DNA of 63,810 nt, filler included, from Octopus bimaculoides (Eukaryota): assembly GCF_001194135.2 (NCBI RefSeq). It is 7 parts of 7 records of this genome, joined end to end, with 100 filler letters (N's around TTAATTAATTAA, not from the genome) between each part and the next. Parts side by side here need not be neighbours in the genome. Positions count along the whole stretch, not along the records: positions 8,939 to 26,374 come from NC_068994.1; positions 26,475 to 34,399 come from NC_068982.1; positions 34,500 to 51,312 come from NC_068986.1; 4 more parts are not named here. One strand, 5' to 3'. This document shows, piece by piece, positions 23,520 to 36,080 of the stretch; the first letter of the stretch is position 1, and each line of letters starts with the position of its first letter. The notes below the pieces were generated by a model. That model was not told the origin of the DNA, ran no database searches, and was given only the letters and a program-made list of their open reading frames with translations. A program made the position numbers and the translations under genes.

Positions 23520-24727
23520 TCAGGTCATCCCATGCTTTAACAGTATTTTAGACTGTCTAACAGCATCAATAATATTTATATGTATTTGGACATATTTAAA
23601 CTAATTAAATTTCATTTTGCAGGATAATCTAATTGAAGTTTTACTAATCATAGCTCTTCAAACATGGCTGTGTCTAAAGAGCATTTGAAGCACATAATGC
23701 TTTGCAAGTTTAAAAAAGGGAACTCTGCAGCTGAAGCAACTTGAAATATTCACTCAGCTTATGAAGAAGAGTGCCTGAATGAAAGAACTTGCAAAAATTG
23801 GTTTGTAAAATTTAGAAGTGGAGATTTCAGTCTTGAAAATGAAGTCTGAACAGGATGTCCAATTGAGTTTGATGACAAGCTCCTTTTGGCAGAACTTGAA
23901 AAAGATTGTGCAGTTTCAGTTGCAGAACTGGCAAGCAAGCTTTGTTCAAGCTATACAACTGTTCACTGCCATCTTCAACAACTAGGAAAGGTCCCAAAAC
24001 TTGGAAAATAGGTGCCTCATGGGTGCTGCAAGTCCAGAGTGGACATCTACTCTTCTCTTCGTTCTTGTGAACTCGTTTCACCCTATTTGGACAGACTGGT
24101 GACTGGTGATGAAAAATGGGTCTTTTATCAAAATGTTAAGCATCGTAGTCATTGGCTTGGTGAAGGAGAAAAGGCCCAACCACAACAAAAAGGAACTCCA
24201 TGTTAAGAAGGTTCATCTCTCTGTTTGGTGGGATTGCAACTAATGCAACAACCAATGCTCAAATCTACTGTCAGCAATTAGAGCATCTGAACACTGCTTT
24301 GACGAAAAAAATGGCCTGCTTTAGTGTATCGAAAGGAAGTGGTGTTTTATCAGGACAAAGCAAGACACCACACTGCAAAGATCACATTTGCAGAAGATTG
24401 AGGAACTTGACTGAGAGAAAATTGCTCATTCACTTTATTCCCCAGACCTTACTCTTTCAGATTACCATTTGTTCCGTAGTTTACAGAATCATTAGGATGG
24501 ATTAACTCCTGAGATAACTGAGTAAGTCAAAACTGACCTTTCAGAGTTCTTCTCTTTGAAACTAAACAAGTTTTTCACTAATAGGATTAAAAAGCTTATG
24601 AGTAGATGGAAAGATGTTATAAGATAATCATGGAAAATATATTGATGATTAAGTTTCATTTAAATGTAAGATTTGATTACTTGTTTTCTTTATCTAAAAT
24701 CCAGACATTACGTATGGGATGACCTGA
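23520..24727 (+). mobile_element. Full-length but decayed mariner (DD34D)
   Basis: TIR TCAGGTCATCCCA at both ends, with TA at 23518-23519 and 24728-24729. Transposase relic from ATG 23664 to TAA 24652: MAVSKEHLKHIML, WFVKFRSGDFSLE, *VPH, VTGDEKW, YSPDLTLSDYHLFRSLQNH. Multiple stops. Confidence 0.95.
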
Positions 24728-25439
24728 TATATGTGAAGCCAAGCCTCTCATAAACTTTAATGCACTAAAACCCATTTTTCCTAAATGTGTACTGCTGAAA
24801 TTTGGTGCTTCTAATATGCTCATGCATCTTTTATGCCCTCAAATTCATTAAGTTCTTATATGTATCAACACAATCATAAGATAGTAAGAGTGTTTCTGCC
24901 ACCACAAAAACACATGCGATTTTAAATTAAGATCTCCTGTAACATTTAACATCCCACTTACATAGATACATTTATATCTACCTAACATTATAAATACGAC
25001 AAACTCTACTTTCTACTCATCAGTCATGAGTAGCTAAGGGTGAAACTCAGAGTAGAAAATCAATTTTTAATATAAAAATATATCATCCACTCTATCCTAT
25101 GTATTGAGTTCTGTATCAAATAGTGTTTGCACGATGTAAAATATTTTTTATCTAATTTACAAGTCTTAGGATATATATATANNNNNNNNNNNNNNNNNNN
25201 NNNNNNNNNNNNNNNNNNNNNNNNNNNNNNNNNNNNNNNNNNNNNNNNNNNNNNNNNNNNNNNNNNNNNNNNNNNNNNNNNNNNNNNNNNNNNNNNNNNN
25301 NNNNNNNNNNNNNNNNNNNNNNNNNNNNNNNNNNNNNNNNNNNNNNNNNNNNNNNNNNNNNNNNNNNNNNNNNNNNNNNNNNNNNNNNNNNNNNNNNNNN
25401 NNNNNNNNNNNNNNNNNNNNNNNNNNNNNNNNNNNGGGG

Positions 25440-25735
25440 CACGATCTTGAAGAATTTTAGTTGAATGAATCGATCCTAGTACTTTTCTTTTATTATTTTT
25501 TCAGCTTGGCAATTATCCTATCACTCTATTGCTGAATCACTAAATTATGGGGACATAAACACACCAACACTAATTGTCAAGTAGTGAGGGGGGGGGGGCA
25601 AAGACACGCGCACACACACACAGATATATAAAAATGTGCTATAGTAGACAATACTTGCCCAAGGTGACACACAGCAGGAGTGAACCTGGAACCATATGGT
25701 TGGGAAGCAAACTTCTTAACACACAGACACTCCTA
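25440..25735 (-). mobile_element. SINE family A copy, strongly CpG-decayed
   Basis: GCTGAATCACTAAATTATGGGGACATAAACACACC versus GCCGAACCGCTAAGTTACGGGGACGTAAACACACC in intact copies. Confidence 0.85.
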
Positions 25736-25870
25736 CATGCATACATACATGCATACACATTCATGAACATGTGTACAAGATTGCAAAGTGGTGGAGTCAT
25801 TGTAGCTTTTAACAAAACATGTAATGATTTCATTCAGAAATACTAGGTCACTGGTACGATTGCTGTAGTG

Positions 25871-25919
25871 CCCTTGTCTGTCACATGGGAGACCTAGCTT
25901 TTGATTCCCTGCCAGGGAG
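25871..25919 (+). pseudogene. tRNA-Asp(GTC)-like 3' half, CpG-decayed
   Basis: CTGTCACATGGGAGACC...TTGATTCCCTGCCAGGGAG matches the eukaryotic tRNA-Asp 3' half (CTGTCACGCGGGAGACC..TTCGATTCCCCGACGGGGAG), with most CpGs converted. Confidence 0.65.
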
Positions 25920-26327
25920 GATAAAGAAAATAATAAAAATAATAATAATCTATATCTATATAAAATTCTTTGTATCTCTGTCTGTTCCCAATGCATTCTC
26001 AAATGGCCCAACCACATCAAATCAAATTTTACATGGTAATACTATGAAACCCCAGGAGTGTCGACATGAAATTTTTTTCAATTAAAACAATGTGACCATA
26101 TTATTTCCATATTATGTCTCAAAACTCTAAGAATAAAAATGAAACCTTCAGAGTAAGTTATAAATAGTTTCATTATTAATAGTTTCACTTTTATATTGTT
26201 TCACATTTAGGAGTTTCACTTTTGACAGAGCAAGTTATAAATAGTTTCACTTTTATATTGTTTCACTTTTCGTAGTTTCACTATGTATATGTATATATAT
26301 GTACATCTTTGTGCATATATGTGTGTG

Positions 26328-26374
<47 letters not shown>

Positions 26375-26474
26375 NNNNNNNNNNNNNNNNNNNNNNNNNN
26401 NNNNNNNNNNNNNNNNNNTTAATTAATTAANNNNNNNNNNNNNNNNNNNNNNNNNNNNNNNNNNNNNNNNNNNN
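26375..26474. other. Artificial 100-bp scaffold linker
   Basis: 44N-TTAATTAATTAA-44N. Confidence 0.95.
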
Positions 26475-26706
26475 AAGGCCTAGCCATATTTCTTTTACGA
26501 AATATGGCAAATAAGCCGGAGAAAAATCAAAAACTTTTGGAAATAAACTCCAGAAGGAGCCACTTCCTATTACAAAAACCCAATAGGGTCGAAGTGTATA
26601 GACTTATACACCTCTTCCACAAAAATATTTTAAAACTGCAAAAGTTTTGACATATAAAAGGCCAACTTACTTGCGAGCCGATGTGACTAGCATCCGTCCA
26701 GATCAG

Positions 26707-26751
<45 letters not shown>

Positions 26752-26808
26752 TGCTTAAATGCGCGCGCGCGCACACACACACATGTATACTGTAGAGTTA
26801 CATATATG

Positions 26809-29473
26809 CAGTGGTGGGCACGGTTCCGCTAATCCGCTAACCGCTAATTAGCGAAGCTTACTTTTCGTTTAACGGATTAGCGTTTTCATTAACTTTGGAA
26901 ACCGTTAGCGGACCAATTAACTTGCACTAAATCTAGTTACGCTAACTTTAAAGTCTGCTAACAAAATTCATACGTTTGTTCTTGACTGTTGTGGGTGTGT
27001 CTCGAAGAGTCTCTCAGGCACGCTATTGGCTGACTATGTATACACGTAACAAGACGTGATTGGTTGACGCTGCAGCAGCTAGCTGAGCAGCATTGTATAA
27101 TTCTGCAGTTTTGAGTTGTGTTCACTTATGACGTTGTCACATTACAATCTTACAGTGTAAGCAACAGCAGTGTATGTTATCGGCTTATCGTTATCCATTG
27201 TTGTTACTTGTCGTTATGGAAGGTGAAGATGTTTTGTTCGGCTTGAGGATGAAGGGCCTGTTGAGGAGGCTGCAACGGCTGTTGGTGAGGCAGAGGTCAC
27301 TCAGGTTGAGAGCCAGGAGTCTTAGAACCCATGGCCCCACATGGATGATTTTGGCCAGCCATAAACAGCTGGAGGAGTATCTTACAAGGTATTTATAGAT
27401 TAAAATTATACAAAATTATCAAATTATTATTATGGCGTACTTCATATTTTCTTAATTTAATTTAATTATTTAATTATTTATTAAGTAATTATTTTCTTGA
27501 TTAATGTAATAAAATATATAATAGTTAATTGAAATAATGTTATAATATATAATATACAGCAAATATAAATATATATTCCACTGATGATTAAGTCTGCACA
27601 GTCAAAACAGCAGTCTTTAATGAAATAACGAATAAACGAACCTTAAGTTCTGCACTTACCAAATTCCGACCATCATTCCATCCCTCATCTCGGTTATTTA
27701 TCCCTCCAACGCGTAACCAATCGAGGTAGTATCACTATTTTCAAAAATTTGATAACAAGGCTTTAAATTACAAGCAATATTTTCATGAATTTAGAACACC
27801 CTAGTTTAAAATGGTAAGCTACAATTTGTGTGATTTCTATAAAGAAAATATGGTTATAAGATACTGCGATCAAGCATCCTGCCGAAAAGTTGTATGGAAC
27901 TTTTCTTTGCGGTTGCCAGCGGCTGCTAGCGTCAATTTTCTTTTCAATTGATTCCATATTCAGTGTAATGGTACACTTTTATAGGCTAATTAATGACGTG
28001 AAAGTAATTTTCGCTATAAATCAATAAATAAAGAGTTATTAGTAACTAAAGTTTGTAAGTTTTGGTAATTTTAGCTAATCGTATGCCAAAGACACATTCA
28101 TGTCTGTTTCAATAATAACAAGCGGAATTGGAGAACTCATTTGTCTCTCAGCGTGCTTGTTGCCATAGTATAANNNNNNNNNNNNNNNNNNNNNNNNNNN
28201 NNNNNNNNNNNNNNNTTTGAAAAGTCTTTTATCTGCGAGGAAGCACGTGCTCACAAATTTGACGCTGTGTTCTGTGTTCTCTGTGATTATTGTAGGAAGC
28301 TCCAGTAACTTTGCTTCTATTATGGAAACATTGAAAACATAGAAGGATATTTTAAAAATTCAAACCGAAAGTTAAATGTTTGTTTTTTTAAGCATATTTG
28401 AATAGTAATTAAACATATTTAAATTGTTTGTTTAATGTTTGTTTCATTTTGTCATTGAGCATTGAGGTGGTTGTGAGACGTGCTAAAAATAAAAGCTAAA
28501 TAAGACGTTTTGAATAAATCGCTCGGAGATTTAAAAGTAACTGTTTTTCTCTTTTAAATTAACATAAACATTTATTTACATGAAAGGAAAAATACTGGAG
28601 AACTTCCGTGCTAAAAATAACAGCTAAATAAGATTTACTTACACGGAAGAAAATTACTGGAGACATAACACGTGTTGTTTACAATTATTGACATCAAGGT
28701 GCTATTTTCAGGATGTTGACGACAAAATGACAGCTTCCAAATCCTGTTTCCTGACTGGGTGAAAATGATCAAACTTTAAACCTCTATAACTTTTTATAAA
28801 CATTTTCCCGGAAAAAATATTAAATAACTCCAGCAATTAATTCAGTTTGGGCAAATGTATTATTGTGCAAATTTTAAAATTTTCGGTAAACTTTAATTTT
28901 TGGAGTCACTGGCAACCAAGCCCAAAAGATCCAATTGTACAAACCACGTGCTAACTGGGAAAAATTGTACAAACCACGTGCTCACAAATCCCATTGCAGC
29001 TTGTGTGGCTATTAATTATTATTTTTCCTTTTAGTAGGCCTTGATCATACTCTGCATCAGTTTATATAAAGTGACGGTGAATTATTTCCTTGTTCGTTTT
29101 AAATTGATGCTAGCCACCTTAATTATTTTATAATTTTCACATTACCAAGTTGTGAAATCAGTCACCGATTCCAATGCATTCTCCATTATATTGACAGGGT
29201 GAGCTGGCCTCTACCAGCTGTGATGGAGTGAGCATTACTGATGACTATTAATTTCCTATACGAAATTAACTTGCTAATCTAATGCATCTCGCTCAGATTG
29301 GGTCGGATTTTCTCCTCTGTCAATACGTGACTAAAGAGTTTACGATTCCTATTTTGTGGCTAAGGAGTCTACGATTCCTATTTCTAACAATGCTGGTGCT
29401 CACTGTACCTATGTCACTCTTAGTGACGGTGAATTATTTCCTTGTTGGTTTTAAATTGCTGCTAGCCACCTTG

Positions 29474-29529
<56 letters not shown>

Positions 29530-30128
29530 ATTTTAAGTTTTTATCTTTACAACTTCACAACATTTTTTAATTACAGATTGCTCAAGGATGTCCCCTGGGT
29601 GGCGACCACCGCGATCACCTGGGGATGACAATACACTGGCTGGATCCCAAAACCCGCACAAGACAACACGCAGTCTTGGCCTGCTCTCGGTTCAGAGGAC
29701 ATCACGCATTTGATGTTCTCGCTCAGACCATGGTGGACACACATGTTCCATCTGCAAGACAAGGTGATCAGCTCCACGACGAATAACGGCAAAAACTTTA
29801 AGACATTTCTGGAGTCTGGTAGAAAAGTTGAAATCTTGCCATACATTTCTGAGGGTTGCCAGACATTCCTGAGGCCGATCCGGACGTGGAGTGCATCGAG
29901 CATGTTGACCTGGACGTTGATTCCGAGGCTGGGGATGTGGATGAAGTTGAGTACATCTCTGCTATCCTTAACGAGTCGAGCGGCCTGGGCCTAAACCTGT
30001 TAATGCCCGCGCGCAGTCCATACTTTCAATTTGGTAGCCAGAGTAGATGCCGATGAGGCTTTTGACAGCGCTTCTTTCAAATCGGCTAATACGAAGGCTA
30101 TATCTAAGGCACAGCGGCTGTGGAATAT
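26809..30128 (+). mobile_element. Tol2-like hAT transposon relic (5' terminus and two coding blocks; 3' end not found)
   Basis: 5' end CAGTGGTGGGCAC with clustered CCGCTAA/TTAGCG subterminal motifs. Exon-like block 27216-27389 contains *NPWPHMDDF. Block 29575-30128 reads VATTA(D)..LGMTIHWLDP..HAVLACSRFRGHHAFDVLA..DKVISSTTNNGKNF..VDADEAF..KAQRLWN, colinear with Tol2 transposase motifs as recalled. Confidence 0.85.
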
Positions 30129-30887
30129 GCAGAGTATATATGTATGTATATCATTATTCAGTTTTATTTCAAGGTTTCTCGCCAGTACAATAAGTGTCGG
30201 TTTCTAACCTAGACCTCCTTCATTGGAATTTCAACACTAACAGGGTATTTTTGTATGTATATATATATGTATGTATGTATGTATGTATACATGCAGATTC
30301 TTATGTTTTGCTTTATGTATGTCTTCTCATGCAAATACTTGCATATCTAGACATGCTCATATATGCTTAAATGATAAACCTCTGGAAAGTTTTATGGATT
30401 TTTATGTATGTATGTATGTATGTATATATGTATGTATGCATGCATGCATGTATATATGTGTGTATGCATGCATGTATATATGTATATGTTTGTATATGTA
30501 TATGCTTGTGTATGTATTCGTTGATATACTTAATTATTCATTGAAGTGTATTTTGAATGACTTACATGTGGCCTTGTTATCCTTTATATTTCCTTGTTTC
30601 ATTAATGGCCACATCAGAAGCAATGACAAAATATTTTCAGCGTTGTTTATTTGTCTTTGAGATTGCATGGTGAATTTCTCTTTCCGACAGTTTAAAATGT
30701 AATATTCACTCTGTAAAGTAGCGATAATAAACATTTCGGATATAAAAATAAACACTAACCATTCAATTAGTTATGTAGTGAGGAAGTGACTAGTTTCCCA
30801 ACATCAACAAAATTAGACATAACAATAACTATTACAACAGCAGAAGATACGAAAAATAGAAATGACACATCAACCTCTACAAGTACT

Positions 30888-30925
<38 letters not shown>

Positions 30926-31506
30926 GGTGGTTATGGTGGTGGTGGTGGTGGTAGTAGTAGTAGTTGTGGTAGTTGTGGTGGTGGTGGTGGTGGTGGTGGT
31001 GGTGGTNNNNNNNNNNNNNNNNNNNNNNNNNNNNNNNNNNNNNNNNNNNNNNNNNNNNNNNNNNNNNNNNNNNNNNNNNNNNNNNNNNNNNNNNNNNNNN
31101 NNNNNNNNNNNNNNNNNNNNNNNNNNNNNNNNNNNNNNNNNNNNNNNNNNNNNNNNNNNNNNNNNNNNNNNNNNNNNNNNNNNNNNNNNNNNNNNNNNNN
31201 NNNNNNNNNNNNNNNNNNNNNNNNNNNNNNNNNNNNNNNNNNNNNNNNNNNNNNNNNNNNNNNNNNNNNNNNNNNNNNNNNNNNNNNNNNNNNNNNNNNN
31301 NNNNNNNNNNNNNNNNNNNNNNNNNNNNNNNNNNNNNNNNNNNNNNNNNNNNNNNNNNNNNNNNNNNNNNNNNNNNNNNNNNNNNNNNNNNNNNNNNNNN
31401 NNNNNNNNNNNNNNNNNNNNNNNNNNNNNNNNNNNNNNNNNNNNNNNNNNNNNNNNNNNNNNNNNNNNNNNNNNNNNNNNNNNNNNNNNNNNNNNNNNNN
31501 NNNNNN

Positions 31507-31569
31507 CTAACCCTAACTCTAACCCTAGGGTTAGGGTTAGGGTTAGAGTTAGGGTTAGGGTTAGGGTTA
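31507..31569. repeat. Interstitial telomere-like palindrome (CCCTAA)n-(TTAGGG)n
   Basis: Centre AACCCTAGGGTT at 31526/31527. The left side is cut by a gap. Confidence 0.9.
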
Positions 31570-31808
31570 ATTGTTTCAGAATTGTTTGTTTATGTAGTCG
31601 GCACTTAATGTATATCGGCTGAATGGACGTCAGTGGTTGGTTGAAATTACAGAAATACGACAACTTTAACATGGAATAATTTATGGATTTCTTTTTTTTT
31701 AAAGAAGACTAAGAGAAAAAGATGTTTTATATGACACATTCTACCAGTGTTCCAAGTTTCAAAGTGTTTCGTTAATGAAAAATGTGGCCCCCGTTTTAAA
31801 AAAGATCC

Positions 31809-31842
<34 letters not shown>

Positions 31843-32267
31843 CAGCAGCAGCAGTAGTAGTAGTGTGACTCAGACGGTGATGTTGGTGTTGGCAGTGAAA
31901 CTAATGGACACAGATAAGTCTCGGTGTTTATTACAGTACAACATACGTCTTGGTTGTTGTTGTTAATTTGGCTTTTGTTGCAGAAGGTGCTAATAATGGT
32001 AGTGGTGCTGTCGATGGCATCGTTATTACCAAAGTCAGTATCGACTTCGTTATCGTTATTTCTGATTGCTATAAATACATCATGTAAGCAGGTTTTTTTT
32101 TTTTTGTTTTCTAGTCTTTTTTTTTTTTGTTACAAAACAAATAACTAAATAACTAAAGGGGGGAAAGTACTGTTATAATAATCTACAGCCCGTGTCAGAG
32201 GTGACATGTGAAACCTTACAGGCTAAAACTAAACCTATTTTGATTAATTTCTTCCAGATGGCATTAC

Positions 32268-32314
32268 CTGCAACGTATTCCATTTCCGGTGTTTTTTTAC
32301 TTGGCATCACTGCA
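32268..32314 (-). CDS. Candidate 47-nt internal exon (AVMPSKKTPEMEYVA)
   Basis: Long polypyrimidine tract + TACAG acceptor and CAG|GTAATG donor on the minus strand. Only one frame is open. Confidence 0.4.
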
Positions 32315-32840
32315 CTGTATAAAAGAAAACAGAAACGAAGGAGAAAAAAAAGTAAGAAAGGAAAAAAAGAAAGAAAGAAAGAAAGAAAAAATAAACACAA
32401 CAAACAAAAATGAAAAGTGTATTGTTACTCAAATTCGTTTTTTGGGCTTTTATAAATAAGCAGCCGAGGAAGTGAAGCACTACATGGATGTAGTATATTT
32501 TCCGGTATAAACGAGTCGAATTTTTCACACCAAAATCTACAATAAAAAAAAGGTAGGTTGACTTATACATTAAGACGATTTTAGAGGACCAAAATTTTCA
32601 TTATCTTTTCATTCGGAAAGATAATGACAACCTTTGAATGTTTACACTGCAAGTTTACACTATATAAGTCGATTCGTATGCTGGAAAATACGGTAAATGT
32701 AGTGATGAATTTGGAGTAATACAGATGAACATTTATGATCCGGAGGGGCAACAATTTGATCATCTGTGTATAGAGTTGAAACTTATTCAGTATGTGCTCA
32801 TATGAGTAAGACGCTTTTGTTTTATTGATTTCGTACTTAA

Positions 32841-33131
32841 CCCATTACCTCCCATAATTCTATTAACTGGAATATTTTTATGAAACTTTGATTTCTAACA
32901 TAAAACAGCCTTAGAAACACGCTAGAATGATCAAAATAACATTTCAAAATAACATTTTAAATAGAAATAAGCGAGATATTGGGTGAAAAATTAGCAAACC
33001 TCACTTGAATATCAGAGAAATATACCTAGTAGATATAGCAAAAAAGGTTAGATATGTGTAAATATTAACAGATAATTACGAAATTTGTAATTTTTATGTG
33101 ATCTCATATGAGATCACTGGTAGGTAATGGG
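32841..33131. mobile_element. piggyBac-like MITE (291 bp)
   Basis: TIRs CCCATTACCTCCCA / CCCATTACCTACCA with TTAA on both sides. Confidence 0.88.
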
Positions 33132-33365
33132 TTAAGTTACTAGCGAGATATGTCGTTGGAAAGTGAAAGAGATTATATAACATCTTTCGCACGGATATTA
33201 GAGGTGGCAGTGAGGTGGATTAGCTTACAGAATGGGTCGCAGATTAGACTCGTTGGTAGGTTACATTATGCTCATGCTGTTGAATGGGCATTATTGACTC
33301 GACATTATTAACTTAACTTGGGGTCGACGGTATCGACAAATACCCCTCCCCTCGAAATTTCTGGC

Positions 33366-33545
33366 CTTCATCATCATCCATCAGCCAGGTGCCCTCTCTG
33401 CGTCGAGGTGTCGGCTTGTCAAGACTTTCTAGCTCCCTGTCTTGTACTGCATGCATGCAATCAACCAGGCTCTTGTTTCCAGTTCATTATTTGAGGTTGT
33501 CATTCCACAAACATCTTTGACGGTCTTATACTTCTCCTCCATACT
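33366..33545 (-). mobile_element. RTE-like LINE 3' end with (GAT)n tail
   Basis: Minus strand RQRCLWNDNLK**TGNKSLVDCMHAVQDRE followed by GATGATGATGA. Confidence 0.6.
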
Positions 33546-34399
33546 TTTTGTCAAAATGGTCTTGTGGGTAGAGTGGTAGAATATTAAAGTGTCGGACAAA
33601 ATATCTTAAGGTATTTGTTCTGGCTCTTTATGTTCTGATTTCAAATCCTACCGTGGACAACTTTTCTCACTTTAAGGATTGATAAAATAAATTACCAGTG
33701 TAGCACTTCTACTTAGATATATTAACGCTTGAATTAACTGCTAAGATTTTAATTTGAATTAGACTGGACGTTATAAACTCCAGTTTGAAACTGAAACTAG
33801 AAACAGGGCCATTGATGAGACACGAACCCTAAATTTATTGAAGCGAAACTACCGTAGTGTTACCAATTGTACGATAACTAGTCTGGTTGTTACAATTTTC
33901 TTTCACATATACAAGCCGCCATACCTAGCCTAGTGCGGATATATTGATTTTAAATTTAGGCCAGCAAGGCCAGCAAGTTCGGGTTCAACTGATACTTATT
34001 TTATCAAACCCGAAAGGATGGAAGGCAAAATTGACTCCGGCGGAATTTGAACTCAGAAAGTAAAGACGAACGAAATTCCGCTAAGCCAATTCACCCGGCA
34101 GGGCTAACGATTCTGCCTGTTCGCTGCCTTCTTGTGCAAGTATATCAATACCTAAAATAAAAACAATCATATAGATTCACTGACTGGAGATCTTCTCAAT
34201 AATTCTTTTCCAGAGCTAAGAATGTTTATTGAGAAATCTATTCCCGTGATTCGTGTAAATTGTTTCATAGTCCCAGCAGAGAAAATGGCGATTGTATTAA
34301 CTCAGAGAATAATGAGGGAGATGCTTTGGAAAGAGCCAACCATTCCACCTCCCGGATTCAATTCTATGGATGTAAAAAAAAAAAAAAAAAAAAAAAAAA

Positions 34400-34499
34400 N
34401 NNNNNNNNNNNNNNNNNNNNNNNNNNNNNNNNNNNNNNNNNNNTTAATTAATTAANNNNNNNNNNNNNNNNNNNNNNNNNNNNNNNNNNNNNNNNNNNN
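34400..34499. other. Artificial 100-bp scaffold linker
   Basis: 44N-TTAATTAATTAA-44N. Confidence 0.95.
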
Positions 34500-34595
34500 T
34501 TGTGCAATGTATTAATTTCCTCATCGATGCACTACGACTGTAAAAATGAGTCCAAACAATCGTAATACCTTTGAATATTGTCGTTCAATCTATTT

Positions 34596-34646
<51 letters not shown>

Positions 34647-34695
34647 GTCTGTCTATCTATCTTATCTGTCTATCTATCTTATATATTGATATATA

Positions 34696-35092
34696 TACTC
34701 TTTTACTCTTTTACTTGTTTCACTCATTTGACTGCGGCCATGCTGGAGCACCGCCTTTAGTCGAGCAAATCGACCCCAGGACTTATTCTTTGTAAGCCTA
34801 GTACTTACTCTATTGGTCTCTTTTGCCGAACCGCTAAGTGACGGGGACGTAAACACACCACCGTCGGTTGTCAAGCGCTGTTGGGGGGACAAACACGGAC
34901 ACACAAACACACATACATATACATATATACGACGGTCTTCTTTCAGTTTCCGTCTACCAAATCCACTCACAAGGCTTTGGTCGGCCCGAGGCTATAGTAG
35001 ACGACACTTGCCAAAGGTGCCACGCAGTGGGAATGAACCCGGAACCATGTGGTTGGTAAGCAAGCTACTTACCATACAGCCACTCCTGCGCC
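34696..35092 (-). mobile_element. Full-length tRNA-derived SINE (family A, CORE-like central part), CpG-intact
   Basis: Minus strand head AGGCGCAGGAGTGGCTGTATGGTAAG...GGTTCATTCCC, CCTTTGGCAAGTGTC core, internal microsatellite, (GAGTAAAA) tail. At least 7 related copies in the window. Confidence 0.93.
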
Positions 35093-35949
35093 TATATATC
35101 TATATATATAATATATATATGCGTGTGTNNNNNNNNNNNNNNNNNNNNNNNNNNNNNNNNNNNNNNNNNNNNNNNNNNNNNNNNNNNNNNNNNNNNNNNN
35201 NNNNNNNNNNNNNNNNNNNNNNNNNNNNNNNNNNNNNNNNNNNNNNNNNNNNNNNNNNNNNNNNNNNNNNNNNNNNNNNNNNNNNNNNNNNNNNNNNNNN
35301 NNNNNNNNNNNNNNNNNNNNNNNNNNNNNNNNNNNNNNNNNNNNNNNNNNNNNNNNNNNNNNNNNNNNNNNNNNNNNNNNNNNNNNNNNNNNNNNNNNNN
35401 NNNNNNNNNNNNNNNNNNNNNNNNNNNNNNNNNNNNNNNNNNNNNNNNNNNNNNNNNNNNNNNNNNNNNNNNNNNNNNNNNNNNNNNNNNNNNNNNNNNN
35501 NNNNNNNNNNNNNNNNNNNNNNNNNNNNNNNNNNNNNNNNNNNNNNNNNNNNNNNNNNNNNNNNNNNNNNNNNNNNNNNNNNNNNNNNNNNNNNNNNNNN
35601 NNNNNNNNNNNNNNNNNNNNNNNNNNNNNNNNNNNNNNNNNNNNNNNNNNNNNNNNNNNNNNNNNNNNNNNNNNNNNNNNNNNNNNNNNNNNNNNNNNNN
35701 NNNNNNNNNNNNNNNNNNNNNNNNNNNNNNNNNNNNNNNNNNNNNNNNNNNNNNNNNNNNNNNNNNNNNNNNNNNNNNNNNNNNNNNNNNNNNNNNNNNN
35801 NNNNNNNNNNNNNNNNNNNNNNNNNNNNNNNNNNNNNNNNNNNNNNNNNNNNNNNNNNNNNNNNATACACACATATCAATATATTTATGTATATTCAGAC
35901 ATATATATATATGAACATATACACACATCAATATATTTATGTATATTCA

Positions 35950-35998
<49 letters not shown>

Positions 35999-36028
35999 CA
36001 CACACATGTATATATATATATACATATA

Positions 36029-36080
<52 letters not shown>

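Noticed and set aside
27575-27621. Hammerhead-like string CTGATGA...AGTC-AAAAC-AGCA-GTC
   Set aside because: G12 is lost, stems I and II are mismatched and there are extra bases after the core. At most a decayed relic.
30160-30250. Minus-strand CCAATGA...GAAACCG hammerhead-like order
   Set aside because: Core G5 is absent and there is no convincing stem II or cleavage triplet.
31507-31569. Ancient telomere-telomere chromosome fusion site
   Set aside because: Orientation is (CCCTAA)n then (TTAGGG)n, the reverse of a fusion, and the tract is short.
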